From: Pedosphaera sp.
GTDB taxonomy: Bacteria > Verrucomicrobiota > Verrucomicrobiia > Limisphaerales > SIBH01
Length of the DNA stretch: 31,103 bases
Direction of reading: 5' to 3'
NCBI GenBank assembly: GCA_031414955.1
Contig: JANOQV010000156.1
Coordinates: 1 to 31,103, forward strand
Position 1 is the first letter of the stretch. Each line of letters begins with the position of its first letter. Positions 1 to 9,308 of this stretch are shown piece by piece. Made by a program: the position numbers and the translations under genes. The notes below the pieces were generated by a model, which was not told the origin of the DNA, did not search any database, and saw only the letters and a list, made by a program, of their open reading frames with translations.

Positions 1-721
1 GCCGCTGGTCTGGGAACACGAAGGCAACCGCGCCATTCGTGATGGAAAATGGAAGCTCGTCGCGAAGGAGGGCAAGCCGTGGGAACTCTACGACCTCACC
101 GCTGACCGCAGCGAGGCGCACGATCTCGCCTCCAGTGAACCCGACCGCGTGAACAAAATGTCCGCGACCTGGGACGCCTGGGCGGCCCGCGCGAACGTGC
201 TTCCTCTTGGCGCTTGGCGTGCGAAGAACAATGCAACCAACGCGGCCTTAAGCCAGCAACGCCACTTCACGCTGAAAGCCGGCGATCAGCTCGACCGCAC
301 GGAGGCACCGGCCATCGCCGGACGCAGCTTCACCATCACCGCAAAGTTTGACGCGACCACGGCGAAGACCGGCGTCCTCATCGCGCAAGGCGGCAGCGCG
401 CAGGGCTACGCGCTTTATCTCGCGGACGGCAAGCTGCACTTCACCGTGCGTGGACGCGACGGTGTTTCCACCGCGACCTGGAGGGAATCCGTGACCGGTG
501 TTCACACCGCAGTGGCGCGCGCCGATGCGCAAGGGCCGCTGGCGCTTTCCCTCGACGGCCAGCCGTCCTTGAGAATCACCACGCGCGCCCGCATCACCAC
601 CATGCCCGCGGACGGCCTGGACATGGGTGCGGACGGGGGCGGCGCGGTCGGCTCTTACTCTGCGCCGAATAAATTCGCCGGCACCATTGAAGCCATCACC
701 ATCGAACTTGACGCTCCATGA
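1..721 (+). CDS. Arylsulfatase, 3' part (5' end outside window), with C-terminal LamG/ConA-like domain
   Basis: Frame from base 2 reads PLVWEHEGNRAIRDGKWKLVAKEGKPWELYDLTADRSEAHDLA, a typical sulfatase C-terminus; it continues in frame into the 149..721 ORF (GVLIAQGG..GYALYL.DGKLHF, LamG-like); TGA at 719-721. Confidence 0.88.
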   Translation, partial: PLVWEHEGNRAIRDGKWKLVAKEGKPWELYDLTADRSEAHDLASSEPDRVNKMSATWDAWAARANVLPLGAWRAKNNATNAALSQQRHFTLKAGDQLDRTEAPAIAGRSFTITAKFDATTAKTGVLIAQGGSAQGYALYLADGKLHFTVRGRDGVSTATWRESVTGVHTAVARADAQGPLALSLDGQPSLRITTRARITTMPADGLDMGADGGGAVGSYSAPNKFAGTIEAITIELDAP

Positions 722-940
722 CATCGATCACCTTTGTACTTCCGTGGTTCACCCACGCAACGGAGCCTGCGCGGCCGAACATCCTTTTCACCATTGACGG
801 CAACTGGGGATGGCACGCGCGCGCGGGCCGGCACGGCCGGCATCCTCCGCCTCCACCTTCCCGCGCAGGATCAGTCCGTGGAGCTTGACTGGATTGAACT
901 CGAGTCCCTCGACGCCAAGCCGCGCCGTTGGGATTTTTGA
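718..940 (+). pseudogene. Probable sulfatase gene remnant with large internal deletion
   Basis: ATG at 718 overlaps the upstream stop (ATGA). It reads MTSITFVLPWFTHATEPARPNILFTIDGNWGWHA, resembling the sulfatase N-terminal PN(I/V)L...DD.GW motif. A different frame from about 821 reads AGTAGILRLHLPAQDQSVELDWIELESLDAKPRRWDF*, which looks like a real C-terminus. No catalytic core lies between. Confidence 0.6.
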
Positions 941-1008
941 AGGCGATCTCACCCGGCCAAGGTGCGGCGCAGAAATGCCGGAAGCCCAAAGCGGAGGTGG
1001 CTTTTAAC

Positions 1009-1035
1009 CATCGGCCATGCGACACATGGCCGATG
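1009..1035. promoter_or_regulatory. Perfect 11-bp inverted repeat overlapping the likely GH128 start codon
   Basis: CATCGGCCATG (1009-1019), loop CGACA, CATGGCCGATG (1025-1035); ATG 1033-1035 lies in the right arm. The repeat is certain, its function is inferred. Confidence 0.4.
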
Positions 1036-4000
1036 ATTTCACTGCCGACAAGAGCGAGGCACCGCGTCCTGGCCTGTGGTCTCGCCAGCGGACTGTGGCT
1101 GCCGCTGCTCCTGGTGGCCCAGACGTTCGAGCTTCATGAGGACGTCCAGACTTACGCCGGGTTGACCAATACCACCGTGACGCTGACCGGGCGGGCGGAA
1201 CTGCGCATCACCGGCCCGGGCGATCCGATTCCGGGTTGCACGATCCATCTCAATTCTCCCGACACCTGGCTGCGGCTGTCCGGGGTCGCGCCCTCGCAGG
1301 CGGCCTCCACATTGCTCGGACGTGTCCGCGTGAACGGGGCGGTGGCGGTGCGCGATGCGAATGTGCGCGTCGCGCAGCATGGCCAGGGCGCGCTGATCAT
1401 CCCCCACGCGCCGGATTTCGCGCCACTGGCCGTGTTCGACGGACGCTACTTCACCGGACCTTCGCGGCGGTTGGACAACTACACCGCCTACGACAGCGCC
1501 CGGCTCGGCCCGATGGCGGCGGCGATTGGCTCCTTCAAGTTGAAACGCGGTTACATGGCGACGTTCGCGCAGCAGGAGAACGGCACGGGCTTGAGCCGCA
1601 ACTATGTCGCGCAAGACGGCGACCTCGAGGTGGGCCGGCTGCCCGCCGAACTGGAGAACAACATCCGCTTCGTGCGCGTGTTCCCATGGCGCTGGACGAG
1701 CAAGAAAGGCATTGCTGGCAACATCGAGGCGAACCTCGACGTGGACTGGCTCTACAACTGGAACCTCGACCGGAACTCGCCGCTCGACTGGGAATACGTG
1801 CCCATCCGCCAGGTGCGCTACTGGCCTTCGATGGATCAGGACTGGAAGACGCGCGGCGCGACGCACGTCCTCGGCTACAACGAACCGGATCAAGCGGGCC
1901 AGGCCAACCTGACGGTGGGCGAAGCGATCAGTTCCTGGCCCGACTTGCTCTGGCCGGGCCTGCGAGCCGGCGCTCCGGCGGTGTCCGATGGCGGGCTGAG
2001 CTGGCTCTACGATTTCATGGCCCAGGCCGACGCGGCGAACCTGCGGGTCGATTATGTGCCGGTGCATTACTACCGCTGCTACGGAAATGCCGCCGACCCA
2101 GCCGGGACGGCGACGCAGTTCTACAATTTTCTGAAGAGCATCTATGACGTGGTCAAGCGGCCGCTCTGGGTCACCGAGTGGAACAACGGCGCCAACTGGA
2201 CCGGTTGCGCCGACCCGACGTTTGCCCAGCAGCAGGCGGCGGTGGCGGCGATGATCGACATGCTTGACCGCACGCCCTTTGTCGAACGCTACGCGGCCTA
2301 CAACTGGGTTGAAGATGTGCGCCGTCTCGTCTGGGACGACGGCTGGCCCACCGACGCCGGCGCGACGTATCGCGATCAAAACTCACCGCTGGCCTACCGC
2401 CAGGAAATGGCCGACGCCGGCACCGGCTCGTCGGCGCGCTATTCCTTCGATGGCGACGCCCACGACATGTTTGGCAACGGCCAGGACGCGATGCTGGTCG
2501 GCACGCCGACTTTCACCACGGGCCAGCACGGCCAGGCCATCGCCCTCGATGGCGCGATGGATTATCTCCAGCTTTCGCCACGTCTCGCAGACAGCACCGA
2601 CTGGAGTTTCGCCGGCTGGGTCTTTTGGCACGGCGGCGGGAGCTGGCAGCGCATCTTCGACCTCGGCGACGACGAAACCCACTACCTGTTCCTCTCCCCG
2701 AGGACGAGCGGCGGTTTCCTGCGCTTCGCCATTCAAAACGGCAGCGGCGAGCAGCAACTCAGCGGACCAGCAGTGCCGACCAACGTCTGGACGCACCTCG
2801 CCGTCACCATCGTGGGCAGCACGGGCAAGCTCTTCGTCAATGGTCAGCCCGTGGCCACCAACACATCCATGACCATTAACCCGGTGGAGGTCGGGACGAA
2901 GTTCAATTACCTGGGCAAGAGCCGGTTCCCGGCCGACCCGCTGTTCCACGGGCGTTTCGACGATTTCCGTTTCCTCAGTTCGGCGCTGACGGACGCGCAG
3001 GTCGCGGCTGTTTTCAACACGCCACCGCCGCTGTTTCGTTCCACGCCGCTGTTCAAGCCCGACGCCAGCGCGGGCCAGGCCTACAGCGGCACGCTGGCTG
3101 ACGACGTGACCGGCGGCGCGGGCCAGCTCGTCTTCAGCAAGATGGATGGACCCGCGTGGCTCGCGGTCAGCACCAACGGCGGCCTCGCCGGCACCCCCGC
3201 ATGGACCGACGGCGGCGTGAATCGCTTCCTCGTCCGCGTCACGGACACGAACGGCGCGCTCCACACCACCGTGCTCACCATTGCGCTGCCCAGCGTGACG
3301 GTGGCCATCGCCGCGAGCGCGGATGACGCCGAGGAATCCTCCGCCGGCGTGCCGAACCTCACCAGCACCGACCTCGAACTGGTCAACGACGGCGCGGCGG
3401 GTGATCAAATCATCGGACTGCGCTTCACCGGGCTCGACATTCCGCCCGGCGCGCTCGTGACCAACGCAACCATTCAATTCACGGCCGACGAAGGACAGAG
3501 CGAAACCACCGTGCTCGAAATCTTCGCCCAGGCCGCCGACCACGCGGCGGCGTTCATCACGGCTTTGAACAATCTCAGTTCCCGCGCGCGCACGCCCCTG
3601 AGCGTGCCCTGGGAGCCGGGCGCGTGGGTCGCCGGACAGTCCAACGCCACGGCGCGCACTCCAAACCTCGCCGGGCTGGTGCAGGAAATTGTTTCCCGCC
3701 CCGGCTGGTCGAGCGGCAACGCCCTGGCCTTCCTCATCGTGGGCACGGGCCATCGCACCGCCGAGGCGTTTGATGAGGCCGGTGGTTCACCCGCGCGGCT
3801 CACGGTCAGTTACAAGATGCCCACGCCGCTGCTCGCGCGAACGGCCACCGTGACCGGCAGCGCGAACGACGCCGAGCAATCCACCGCCCACGCCGTCACG
3901 CTGAACAGCAGCGACCTCGAACTCGTGAACGACGGCGCATCCGGAGACCAAATCGTGGGGCTTCGTTTTGAGAATCTCGCGCCGGCCACCGGGGCGGTAA

Positions 4001-4746
4001 TCGCCCGCGCCAGCCTTCAGTTCACCGCTGACGAAACGCAGACCGAATCCACGACCCTCACGCTGCGCGCGCAGGCCGCGAACAACGCCGCCCTCTTCGC
4101 CACCAACGCCAACAACCTCGGCGCGCGGCCGGTGACCGCCGCCGTCGTGGGCTGGACGCCCCCGCCCTGGAACACCATCGGCGAGCGGGCCACCGCGCAA
4201 CGCCCGACCGGCCTCGCCGGGCTGGTGCAGGAAGTTGTCGCCCGGCCCGCCTGGCAGCAGGGGAACGCACTCGTCCTGCTCATCACCGGCACCGGCCATC
4301 GCACCGCCGACGCCGCCGACAAGCCCACCGGATCACCCGCCGCCTTGACCATCGAATGGTGGCCCGAACTCCCGATCGGCACCTACGCCCGCTGGGCCGC
4401 GGCCTTTCCCGGCCTCGGCGCGCTCACCGATGACCTGGACTTGGACGGCTCCGACAACTTGTTCGAGTACGCGCTCGGCCTTGACCCTGGCACATCCGAA
4501 CGGGACGCGCTCAAACTCACCACCGATGGCACGCAACTCACCCTCAATTTCGCGCGACCGGACGCGGTGCTGGATGTCACTTACCTAATCGAATGGTGCG
4601 ACGACCTCAGCACCGGCTCATGGAGCGACTCCAGCGTGACCACTCGAATCCTCTCCGACGACGGTGTGACTCGCACCCTCCAGGCCACCCTGCCCGCCGG
4701 GGCCTCCGGGCAGCGCTTTGTGAGGTTGAAGGTCGCCTTGAGATGA
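1033..4746 (+). CDS. Secreted modular glycoside hydrolase (GH128/Glyco_hydro_cc-like) with LamG, Ig-like (He_PIG), two repeated domains and a C-terminal domain
   Basis: Signal-peptide-like N-terminus from ATG 1033 (the ORF is open from 928). WLYNW, HVLGYNEPD, VPVHYY, PLWVTEW and VERYAAY are GH128-type motifs with both catalytic Glu. WQRIFDLG/WTHLAVT mark LamG; FSKMDGPAWL..GTP marks Ig-like. Confidence 0.85.
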   Translation: MISLPTRARHRVLACGLASGLWLPLLLVAQTFELHEDVQTYAGLTNTTVTLTGRAELRITGPGDPIPGCTIHLNSPDTWLRLSGVAPSQAASTLLGRVRVNGAVAVRDANVRVAQHGQGALIIPHAPDFAPLAVFDGRYFTGPSRRLDNYTAYDSARLGPMAAAIGSFKLKRGYMATFAQQENGTGLSRNYVAQDGDLEVGRLPAELENNIRFVRVFPWRWTSKKGIAGNIEANLDVDWLYNWNLDRNSPLDWEYVPIRQVRYWPSMDQDWKTRGATHVLGYNEPDQAGQANLTVGEAISSWPDLLWPGLRAGAPAVSDGGLSWLYDFMAQADAANLRVDYVPVHYYRCYGNAADPAGTATQFYNFLKSIYDVVKRPLWVTEWNNGANWTGCADPTFAQQQAAVAAMIDMLDRTPFVERYAAYNWVEDVRRLVWDDGWPTDAGATYRDQNSPLAYRQEMADAGTGSSARYSFDGDAHDMFGNGQDAMLVGTPTFTTGQHGQAIALDGAMDYLQLSPRLADSTDWSFAGWVFWHGGGSWQRIFDLGDDETHYLFLSPRTSGGFLRFAIQNGSGEQQLSGPAVPTNVWTHLAVTIVGSTGKLFVNGQPVATNTSMTINPVEVGTKFNYLGKSRFPADPLFHGRFDDFRFLSSALTDAQVAAVFNTPPPLFRSTPLFKPDASAGQAYSGTLADDVTGGAGQLVFSKMDGPAWLAVSTNGGLAGTPAWTDGGVNRFLVRVTDTNGALHTTVLTIALPSVTVAIAASADDAEESSAGVPNLTSTDLELVNDGAAGDQIIGLRFTGLDIPPGALVTNATIQFTADEGQSETTVLEIFAQAADHAAAFITALNNLSSRARTPLSVPWEPGAWVAGQSNATARTPNLAGLVQEIVSRPGWSSGNALAFLIVGTGHRTAEAFDEAGGSPARLTVSYKMPTPLLARTATVTGSANDAEQSTAHAVTLNSSDLELVNDGASGDQIVGLRFENLAPATGAVIARASLQFTADETQTESTTLTLRAQAANNAALFATNANNLGARPVTAAVVGWTPPPWNTIGERATAQRPTGLAGLVQEVVARPAWQQGNALVLLITGTGHRTADAADKPTGSPAALTIEWWPELPIGTYARWAAAFPGLGALTDDLDLDGSDNLFEYALGLDPGTSERDALKLTTDGTQLTLNFARPDAVLDVTYLIEWCDDLSTGSWSDSSVTTRILSDDGVTRTLQATLPAGASGQRFVRLKVALR
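3295..4359 (+). repeat. Tandem intragenic duplication of a ~170-aa domain
   Basis: Copy 1 (about 3295-3816) ADDAEE..LTSTDLELVNDGAAGDQIIGLRF..QFTADE..LAGLVQEIVSRPGWSSGNAL..GTGHRTA; copy 2 (about 3841-4359) ANDAEQ..LNSSDLELVNDGASGDQIVGLRF..QFTADE..LAGLVQEVVARPAWQQGNAL..GTGHRTA. Confidence 0.9.
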
Positions 4747-4787
4747 GACCAACTACGGATTGGCATCGGTAGAACTCGACGAAAGCG

Positions 4788-4855
4788 CCTCCTCTCCCCA
4801 TCCCTCTCCTCCACTCAGAGTGGAGGAGAGGGTGCCCGGAGGGCGGGAGAGGAGG
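4788..4855. repeat. Nested CCTCTCC-type palindromic (REP-like) element between convergent genes
   Basis: Inner 14-bp stem CCCTCTCCTCCACT (4802-4815)/AGTGGAGGAGAGGG (4819-4832); outer 11-bp stem CCTCCTCTCCC (4788-4798)/GGGAGAGGAGG (4845-4855). Confidence 0.8.
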
Positions 4856-5034
4856 GGCCTCGAAGGTTTCGACCGGTCTTCTTTGGGAAGTGATATGAGA
4901 ACTTCCGCTGGGAAGGTTGCGGCCCCGAGCGTGAGTGGTCGGGGTTCGGGAAGTGAAAGCAGGTGCCCGGCAATCCTGCCGGACTGAATCCCTTGAGGGA
5001 GTGGACCAGCCGAGGCCGTCCGCCGCCGGCACGA

Positions 5035-6132
5035 TCAGAAGAAGCCGCGAATGGTCGCGATGACGTGGGCCACATGCTCGTCCTTCAGCTCGGGATACAT
5101 CGGGAGCGGGAGGATGTGCTCGGAGGTTTTTTCCGCGACCGGGAAATCTCCGCGCTTCCAGCCATGCGTCTCGTAAACCTTCTGCAAGTGGAGCGGCTGC
5201 GGGTAGTAGATAAGGCACGGCACGCCGTGGTCGGCCAGGTGTTTCTGCAACGCGTCGCGGCGGTCGGAGAGCACGGCGTAAACGTGGAAGACGTGGCTGT
5301 TGCCCGCGGCGGTGACGGGGAATTCCAGCGGCAAGCCTTGCAGGCCGCGGGTGTAGGCAGCGGCGATTTCGGCCCGGCGGGCGTTCCAGCCCTGCAAGTG
5401 CGGCAGCTTGACGCGGAGGATGGCGGCCTGGAGTTCGTCGAGCCGGGAGTTGTACCCATGCAGATCGTGGAAGTAGCGGCGCTCGATGCCGTGAACGCGG
5501 AGCATCTTGAGCTTCTTGGCCAGCGCCTCCTCGTTCGTCACCACCATGCCGCCGTCGCCGTCCGCGCCGAGGTTCTTGGTGGGATAAAAGCTGAAGCAGC
5601 CGAGCGCGCCGTGGCTGCCCACGGGCTTGCCCTCGTAAGTCGCGCCGATGGCTTGGGCGCAGTCTTCGATGAGGTGGATGCCGCGCGGACGGGCCAGGGC
5701 GAACAGTTCTTGGAGCGGAGCGGCCTGGCCGAAGAGATGCACGGGGATGATGGCCTTGGTCTGGGCCGTGATTTTCTTGGCCACGGCCGCCGGGTCGATG
5801 AGGAAGGTGCGCGGGTCGATGTCGGCGAAAACAATCTTCGCCCCGACCTGATGAATCGATTCCGCCGGCGCGATGTAAGTGAAGGGCGTGGTGATGACTT
5901 CGTCGCCAGGACCGATGTCGAGCGCGCGCAGGGCGAGGGTGAGGGCGTCGGAGCCGGAGTTCACGCCCACGCCAAACTTCGCGCCCGTGTAGGCGGCGAC
6001 TTCCTGTTCGAACGCGGCGACGTTGGGGCCGAGCACGTAGTGGCCGGCGGCCAGGGTTTTTTCCACCACCGGCAGCAGTTCAGATTTCAGCGCCTCGTAT
6101 TGCGCCTGGAGATTGAGAAACGGAACATTCAT
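5035..6132 (-). CDS. DegT/DnrJ/EryC1/StrS-family PLP-dependent sugar aminotransferase
   Basis: VNSGSDAL, GDEVITTPFTY, IIPVHLFGQ, IEDCAQAIG, FSFYPTKNLG (PLP lysine), GYNSRLDELQAA. Confidence 0.95.
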   Translation of the reverse strand: MNVPFLNLQAQYEALKSELLPVVEKTLAAGHYVLGPNVAAFEQEVAAYTGAKFGVGVNSGSDALTLALRALDIGPGDEVITTPFTYIAPAESIHQVGAKIVFADIDPRTFLIDPAAVAKKITAQTKAIIPVHLFGQAAPLQELFALARPRGIHLIEDCAQAIGATYEGKPVGSHGALGCFSFYPTKNLGADGDGGMVVTNEEALAKKLKMLRVHGIERRYFHDLHGYNSRLDELQAAILRVKLPHLQGWNARRAEIAAAYTRGLQGLPLEFPVTAAGNSHVFHVYAVLSDRRDALQKHLADHGVPCLIYYPQPLHLQKVYETHGWKRGDFPVAEKTSEHILPLPMYPELKDEHVAHVIATIRGFF

Positions 6133-6143
6133 TCAGTGGCGGG

Positions 6144-6172
6144 ATTGAATGGAATCAACCCTCCTGTGGCAA
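6144..6172 (-). promoter_or_regulatory. Candidate sigma70-type promoter for the aminotransferase, near-leaderless
   Basis: Minus strand TTGCCA-17 nt-TTCAAT ending 11 nt before the ATG at 6132; no Shine-Dalgarno visible. Confidence 0.35.
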
Positions 6173-6216
6173 TCCTTGAAACCAACTGTGGTGTCCCGGC
6201 CGGGCCAGGCTGCGGC

Positions 6217-7071
6217 TCACTTTGGTTTTGCGGGGGAGGCCGGCGTGCCGCCTTTGGCCTTTTGATATTCCGCCTTCGCTTCGGGCATCAGCGCCTTGAG
6301 GTCGGCGATGCGTTTGGAGTCAAGCGGATGAGTGCGCAACAGCCCCTTCGCCTTGGCCATCAGGCCCGTGGATTCCTCGCCGTGCGTGCTGGCAAATCGT
6401 TCCCAAAAATGCACCGCTTCCTCAGGATCGTATCCGGCGCGAGCCATGTAGAGCGCGCCGACGTGGTCGGCTTCGCTTTCATGCGTGCGGCTGAAGGCCA
6501 GGACGGTGCCTTTGCCGATCGCCCCGACGCCATAGGCCGTGCCTGCGGCCACCAGCTTTGTTTCAATGTTGTTTGTGGCGTAACTGCCCACGGCTCCGGT
6601 GACTTTCTGAACCGCTGCCGCCTCGCCCATGCGCTCGGCACCATGACGATTCGAAGCGTGCGCCACTTCGTGACCGATGACCGTGGCCAGTCCTCCCTCC
6701 GTTTTCGTGATGGCCAGGATGCCGGTGTAAACCCCCACCTTGCCGCCGGGCAGGCAGAAGGCATTGGCCTCGGGGCTTTCAAACACGACAAACTCCCACT
6801 TGGCGTCGGGCAGCTTGGACTTGGCCTGCTCGGCGATGCGCGCGCCGACCTTGGACACGAGGGCGTTGTATTCGGCGTTCTTGCTGATGGGCACGTCCTT
6901 CTTCAACTGCTCGAAGGCGCTCAACCCAAGCTCGGCTTCCTGACCGGTGGACATGCCACCGATGAGGCCGAGCTGGTAACGCCCCGTCTCCGAGGTGGTG
7001 CAGCCGGTGAAGGTGAAAAGTGAAACGGCGGTGAAGCCGCTCACGAACAAAATTGAAAGGGTGTGTTTCAT
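6217..7071 (-). CDS. M48-family zinc metallopeptidase, probable lipoprotein (LoiP/Oma1-like)
   Basis: Lipobox-like FTFTGC; ANAFCLPGGKVGVYTG, GHEVAH (HExxH), FSRTHESEAD, AGYDP, THP. Confidence 0.93.
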   Translation of the reverse strand: MKHTLSILFVSGFTAVSLFTFTGCTTSETGRYQLGLIGGMSTGQEAELGLSAFEQLKKDVPISKNAEYNALVSKVGARIAEQAKSKLPDAKWEFVVFESPEANAFCLPGGKVGVYTGILAITKTEGGLATVIGHEVAHASNRHGAERMGEAAAVQKVTGAVGSYATNNIETKLVAAGTAYGVGAIGKGTVLAFSRTHESEADHVGALYMARAGYDPEEAVHFWERFASTHGEESTGLMAKAKGLLRTHPLDSKRIADLKALMPEAKAEYQKAKGGTPASPAKPK

Positions 7072-7220
7072 GGCGGGACAACATCATAAACCCAGTCGGG
7101 CGACAAGGGTGAGATTTATCCGATCGGACGCCCACCTTGGCGGCCACGGCCAGATGGGGCCGTGGGGATGGGGCACTCGCATCGCAGTCGCATCTGCAAG
7201 CAGCGCCCGACGGCAAGTGT

Positions 7221-9308
7221 CTAGGGCACTGAAACAAGCGGACCACTCCAGCGCTCGTCCTGCTTCGTCCGGGCCTTCACCTTGGCCCCGGCCGGACGCG
7301 TCAAGGAGGTGGTGAAGAGCCTGGCTCCGGCGGCGACGGCACCACCGGTGGCGCGCGGGTCGGTGCCGTCGAGGGTGAAGTAGATTTCCCCGGTCGGCGC
7401 GGCCAGCCGCAGGTTGCCGCCGGCGGCTTCGCCCAGGGCAGGCACGGGCGGAAACTGCTTCTCCATCCAATCGAGCCGCGTCTGGATGAAGGTCTTCAGG
7501 AAGCCGATTTCCTGCTCGTAGCTGGTGCCGACGAAGTAGTTGGGATTGATGGGCCGGCCCAGGATGGGCCACTTCTCGAAATTGCGCTGCTGGGATTCCT
7601 GAAGCAGGGCGGTGAGTTCGTCGATGCGGGCCAGAATTTTCGCGGTGGCGAAGACATTAGTGCGCAACCGCGCCCAACGATCCACGTAGCGCTGGCCGAA
7701 GTCCGGGTCGTCGAAGAGCCGCCGGTACCAGGTGCATTCCTTGTTATCGAGCTGAGGCCAGAGCCAGTATTCGGGCATCCAGCCCTGCTTGCCGTTGGCG
7801 TTGCCAAAACTAAGATTCCAGTCCCAGATCGGGTCGGCCTTGATCTTGCCACCGCGATCCTTGCTGAAGAACACGCTGAACCGGAACCCGTCCACGTTTT
7901 TGGTCGCCTCGGTGATGAGGTGGTAGTCGATGAAGGAATCCGCGTCGAGAAAGGCCCGCCAGCCGGTCGCCGGATCGCGGAAGTCATCCCCGTAGAGCGC
8001 GGCCTCGACCTGGTTGAGATGGACTTTCAACCAGGATTTTTGCGCGGCGGTGATTTCGTCCGGCTCCGGCTCGACAAAGAAGAACTCGTTCGTGCGCGTG
8101 GTCTTGAAGCTTTCCTCCTCCTTGATCGAGGTCTCGTAATCGTCGCGAAAAGCGGTCCCGCCGGCGGCTTCGGGACTGACCGTGAAGGCGTAGCCGAAAT
8201 GATTCGTGATGATGCGGCTGGCGCGGCGGCTCGAACTGGAACTGGAGTTGGAGCGCGTCACCTTCGCGGCCGGTTGGAAGCCCTGCGGATCAGCGGGGAA
8301 TCCGCCCGGACCAGTCGGATAACCCGCGCGGGTGTTTTGGTAGGTCGAGACGGTGCCTTCGCCGCCCATGGCAAACCCGGCCGTGTCGATGTGGTCCTTC
8401 TTGAAGATGTAACCGCCGGTGATGCGCGGCTCGCGGTCGTCGTCGGGCTTGAGTTTGGCGATGTCCACGCGGTCCTTGCCGCGCTTGACCCGCTCCTCGA
8501 ACACATACACTCCGGCATAATGTTGGCGGCTGAGTTTCGTGCCGGTGGGATTGACGAAAACTTCCACCAGCCTGGTGCGCGGCGCCCAGTGGCCCATCGC
8601 CGCGTGCATCTCATAAGCCACCACATCGCGGATGAGCGTCTTGTCGGGGTAGGGAGCGTAAAGCACCCAGTCAGCGTCGGCGGGCATTCCGAAAACGGAC
8701 GCCGGGGCCGGGTCGCCTTCGCCGTCGATCCATTTCACGGTGAAGGAACTCTTGGGATAACGCAGCGAGGCCCGGCCGCGCAGGTTGATCAGACAGCGCC
8801 CGGAGAAATCCGTCGCGCCCGTGAGTTTGGTCCGATCCCGGCCGCCGTCCGCGATCTGCATCGCGCCCTCGATCTTGCGCTCGTGAATGATGTTCGTTCC
8901 GAATGAGTTCACGATGATGAGCGGGATGTTGGAACTGAAACTGGCGAGTTCGTCGTCGAGCAGCGTGTAAACCGCGGCAACGGTGGCGCTGGGCGGAGCA
9001 GCCTTGGGGAAAACTCCGGCGCGAACCAGCATCGTGTTGGTCACCAGCAACGGCGCGGAATACAGCGGCGAAGCGGCGTGGGGATCGGAACCGTCGAGGG
9101 TGAAACGAATCGGCGCGTCCCCGGCGCTGGACAGTTTCACCAGAACATTCGTGCGGTAAACGCCGCCGGCCGGGAGGAAGGTCACGGCGAGCTGCTTCGC
9201 CGCATCGGCCTTGGGTTCTTTGGCCTGCAATGGTGCGAGGAGCGACAGCAACGCGACAAGCACGCAGCCGAAGACGGACTTTCCGCGTTGAGGCCAGGCC
9301 AGGTTCAT
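7221..9308 (-). CDS. Secreted CotH-family protein kinase with flanking chitobiase C-terminal/Fn3-associated domains
   Basis: Likely start MNLAWPQ (ATG 9308) followed by a signal peptide. IRFTLDGSDP..SPLYSAP and IYFTLDGTDP are Fn3-associated motifs. LRGRAS..PKSSF, DKTLIRD, YAGVYVFEERVKR, KNVDGF and PIWDWNLSFG are CotH motifs. Confidence 0.88.
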   Translation of the reverse strand: MNLAWPQRGKSVFGCVLVALLSLLAPLQAKEPKADAAKQLAVTFLPAGGVYRTNVLVKLSSAGDAPIRFTLDGSDPHAASPLYSAPLLVTNTMLVRAGVFPKAAPPSATVAAVYTLLDDELASFSSNIPLIIVNSFGTNIIHERKIEGAMQIADGGRDRTKLTGATDFSGRCLINLRGRASLRYPKSSFTVKWIDGEGDPAPASVFGMPADADWVLYAPYPDKTLIRDVVAYEMHAAMGHWAPRTRLVEVFVNPTGTKLSRQHYAGVYVFEERVKRGKDRVDIAKLKPDDDREPRITGGYIFKKDHIDTAGFAMGGEGTVSTYQNTRAGYPTGPGGFPADPQGFQPAAKVTRSNSSSSSSRRASRIITNHFGYAFTVSPEAAGGTAFRDDYETSIKEEESFKTTRTNEFFFVEPEPDEITAAQKSWLKVHLNQVEAALYGDDFRDPATGWRAFLDADSFIDYHLITEATKNVDGFRFSVFFSKDRGGKIKADPIWDWNLSFGNANGKQGWMPEYWLWPQLDNKECTWYRRLFDDPDFGQRYVDRWARLRTNVFATAKILARIDELTALLQESQQRNFEKWPILGRPINPNYFVGTSYEQEIGFLKTFIQTRLDWMEKQFPPVPALGEAAGGNLRLAAPTGEIYFTLDGTDPRATGGAVAAGARLFTTSLTRPAGAKVKARTKQDERWSGPLVSVP

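Noticed and set aside
928..1032. Extended N-terminus of the GH128 ORF (also ORF-track starts at 9458, 16089, 16446 and 17250)
   Set aside because: Downstream starts fit signal peptides, RBS or gene overlaps better (1033, 9308, 16146, 16524, 17292).
5035..6132. Polysaccharide or antibiotic biosynthesis cluster around the aminotransferase
   Set aside because: No glycosyltransferase, dehydratase or other pathway genes are adjacent.
4963..7023. 686-aa plus-strand ORF
   Set aside because: Antisense shadow of the well-supported DegT and M48 genes; no recognisable motifs; typical of high-GC DNA.
7145..7175. 8-bp hairpin CCACGGCC/GGCCGTGG as a terminator of the CotH gene
   Set aside because: No U-tract on the minus strand; short GC stems arise by chance in this composition.
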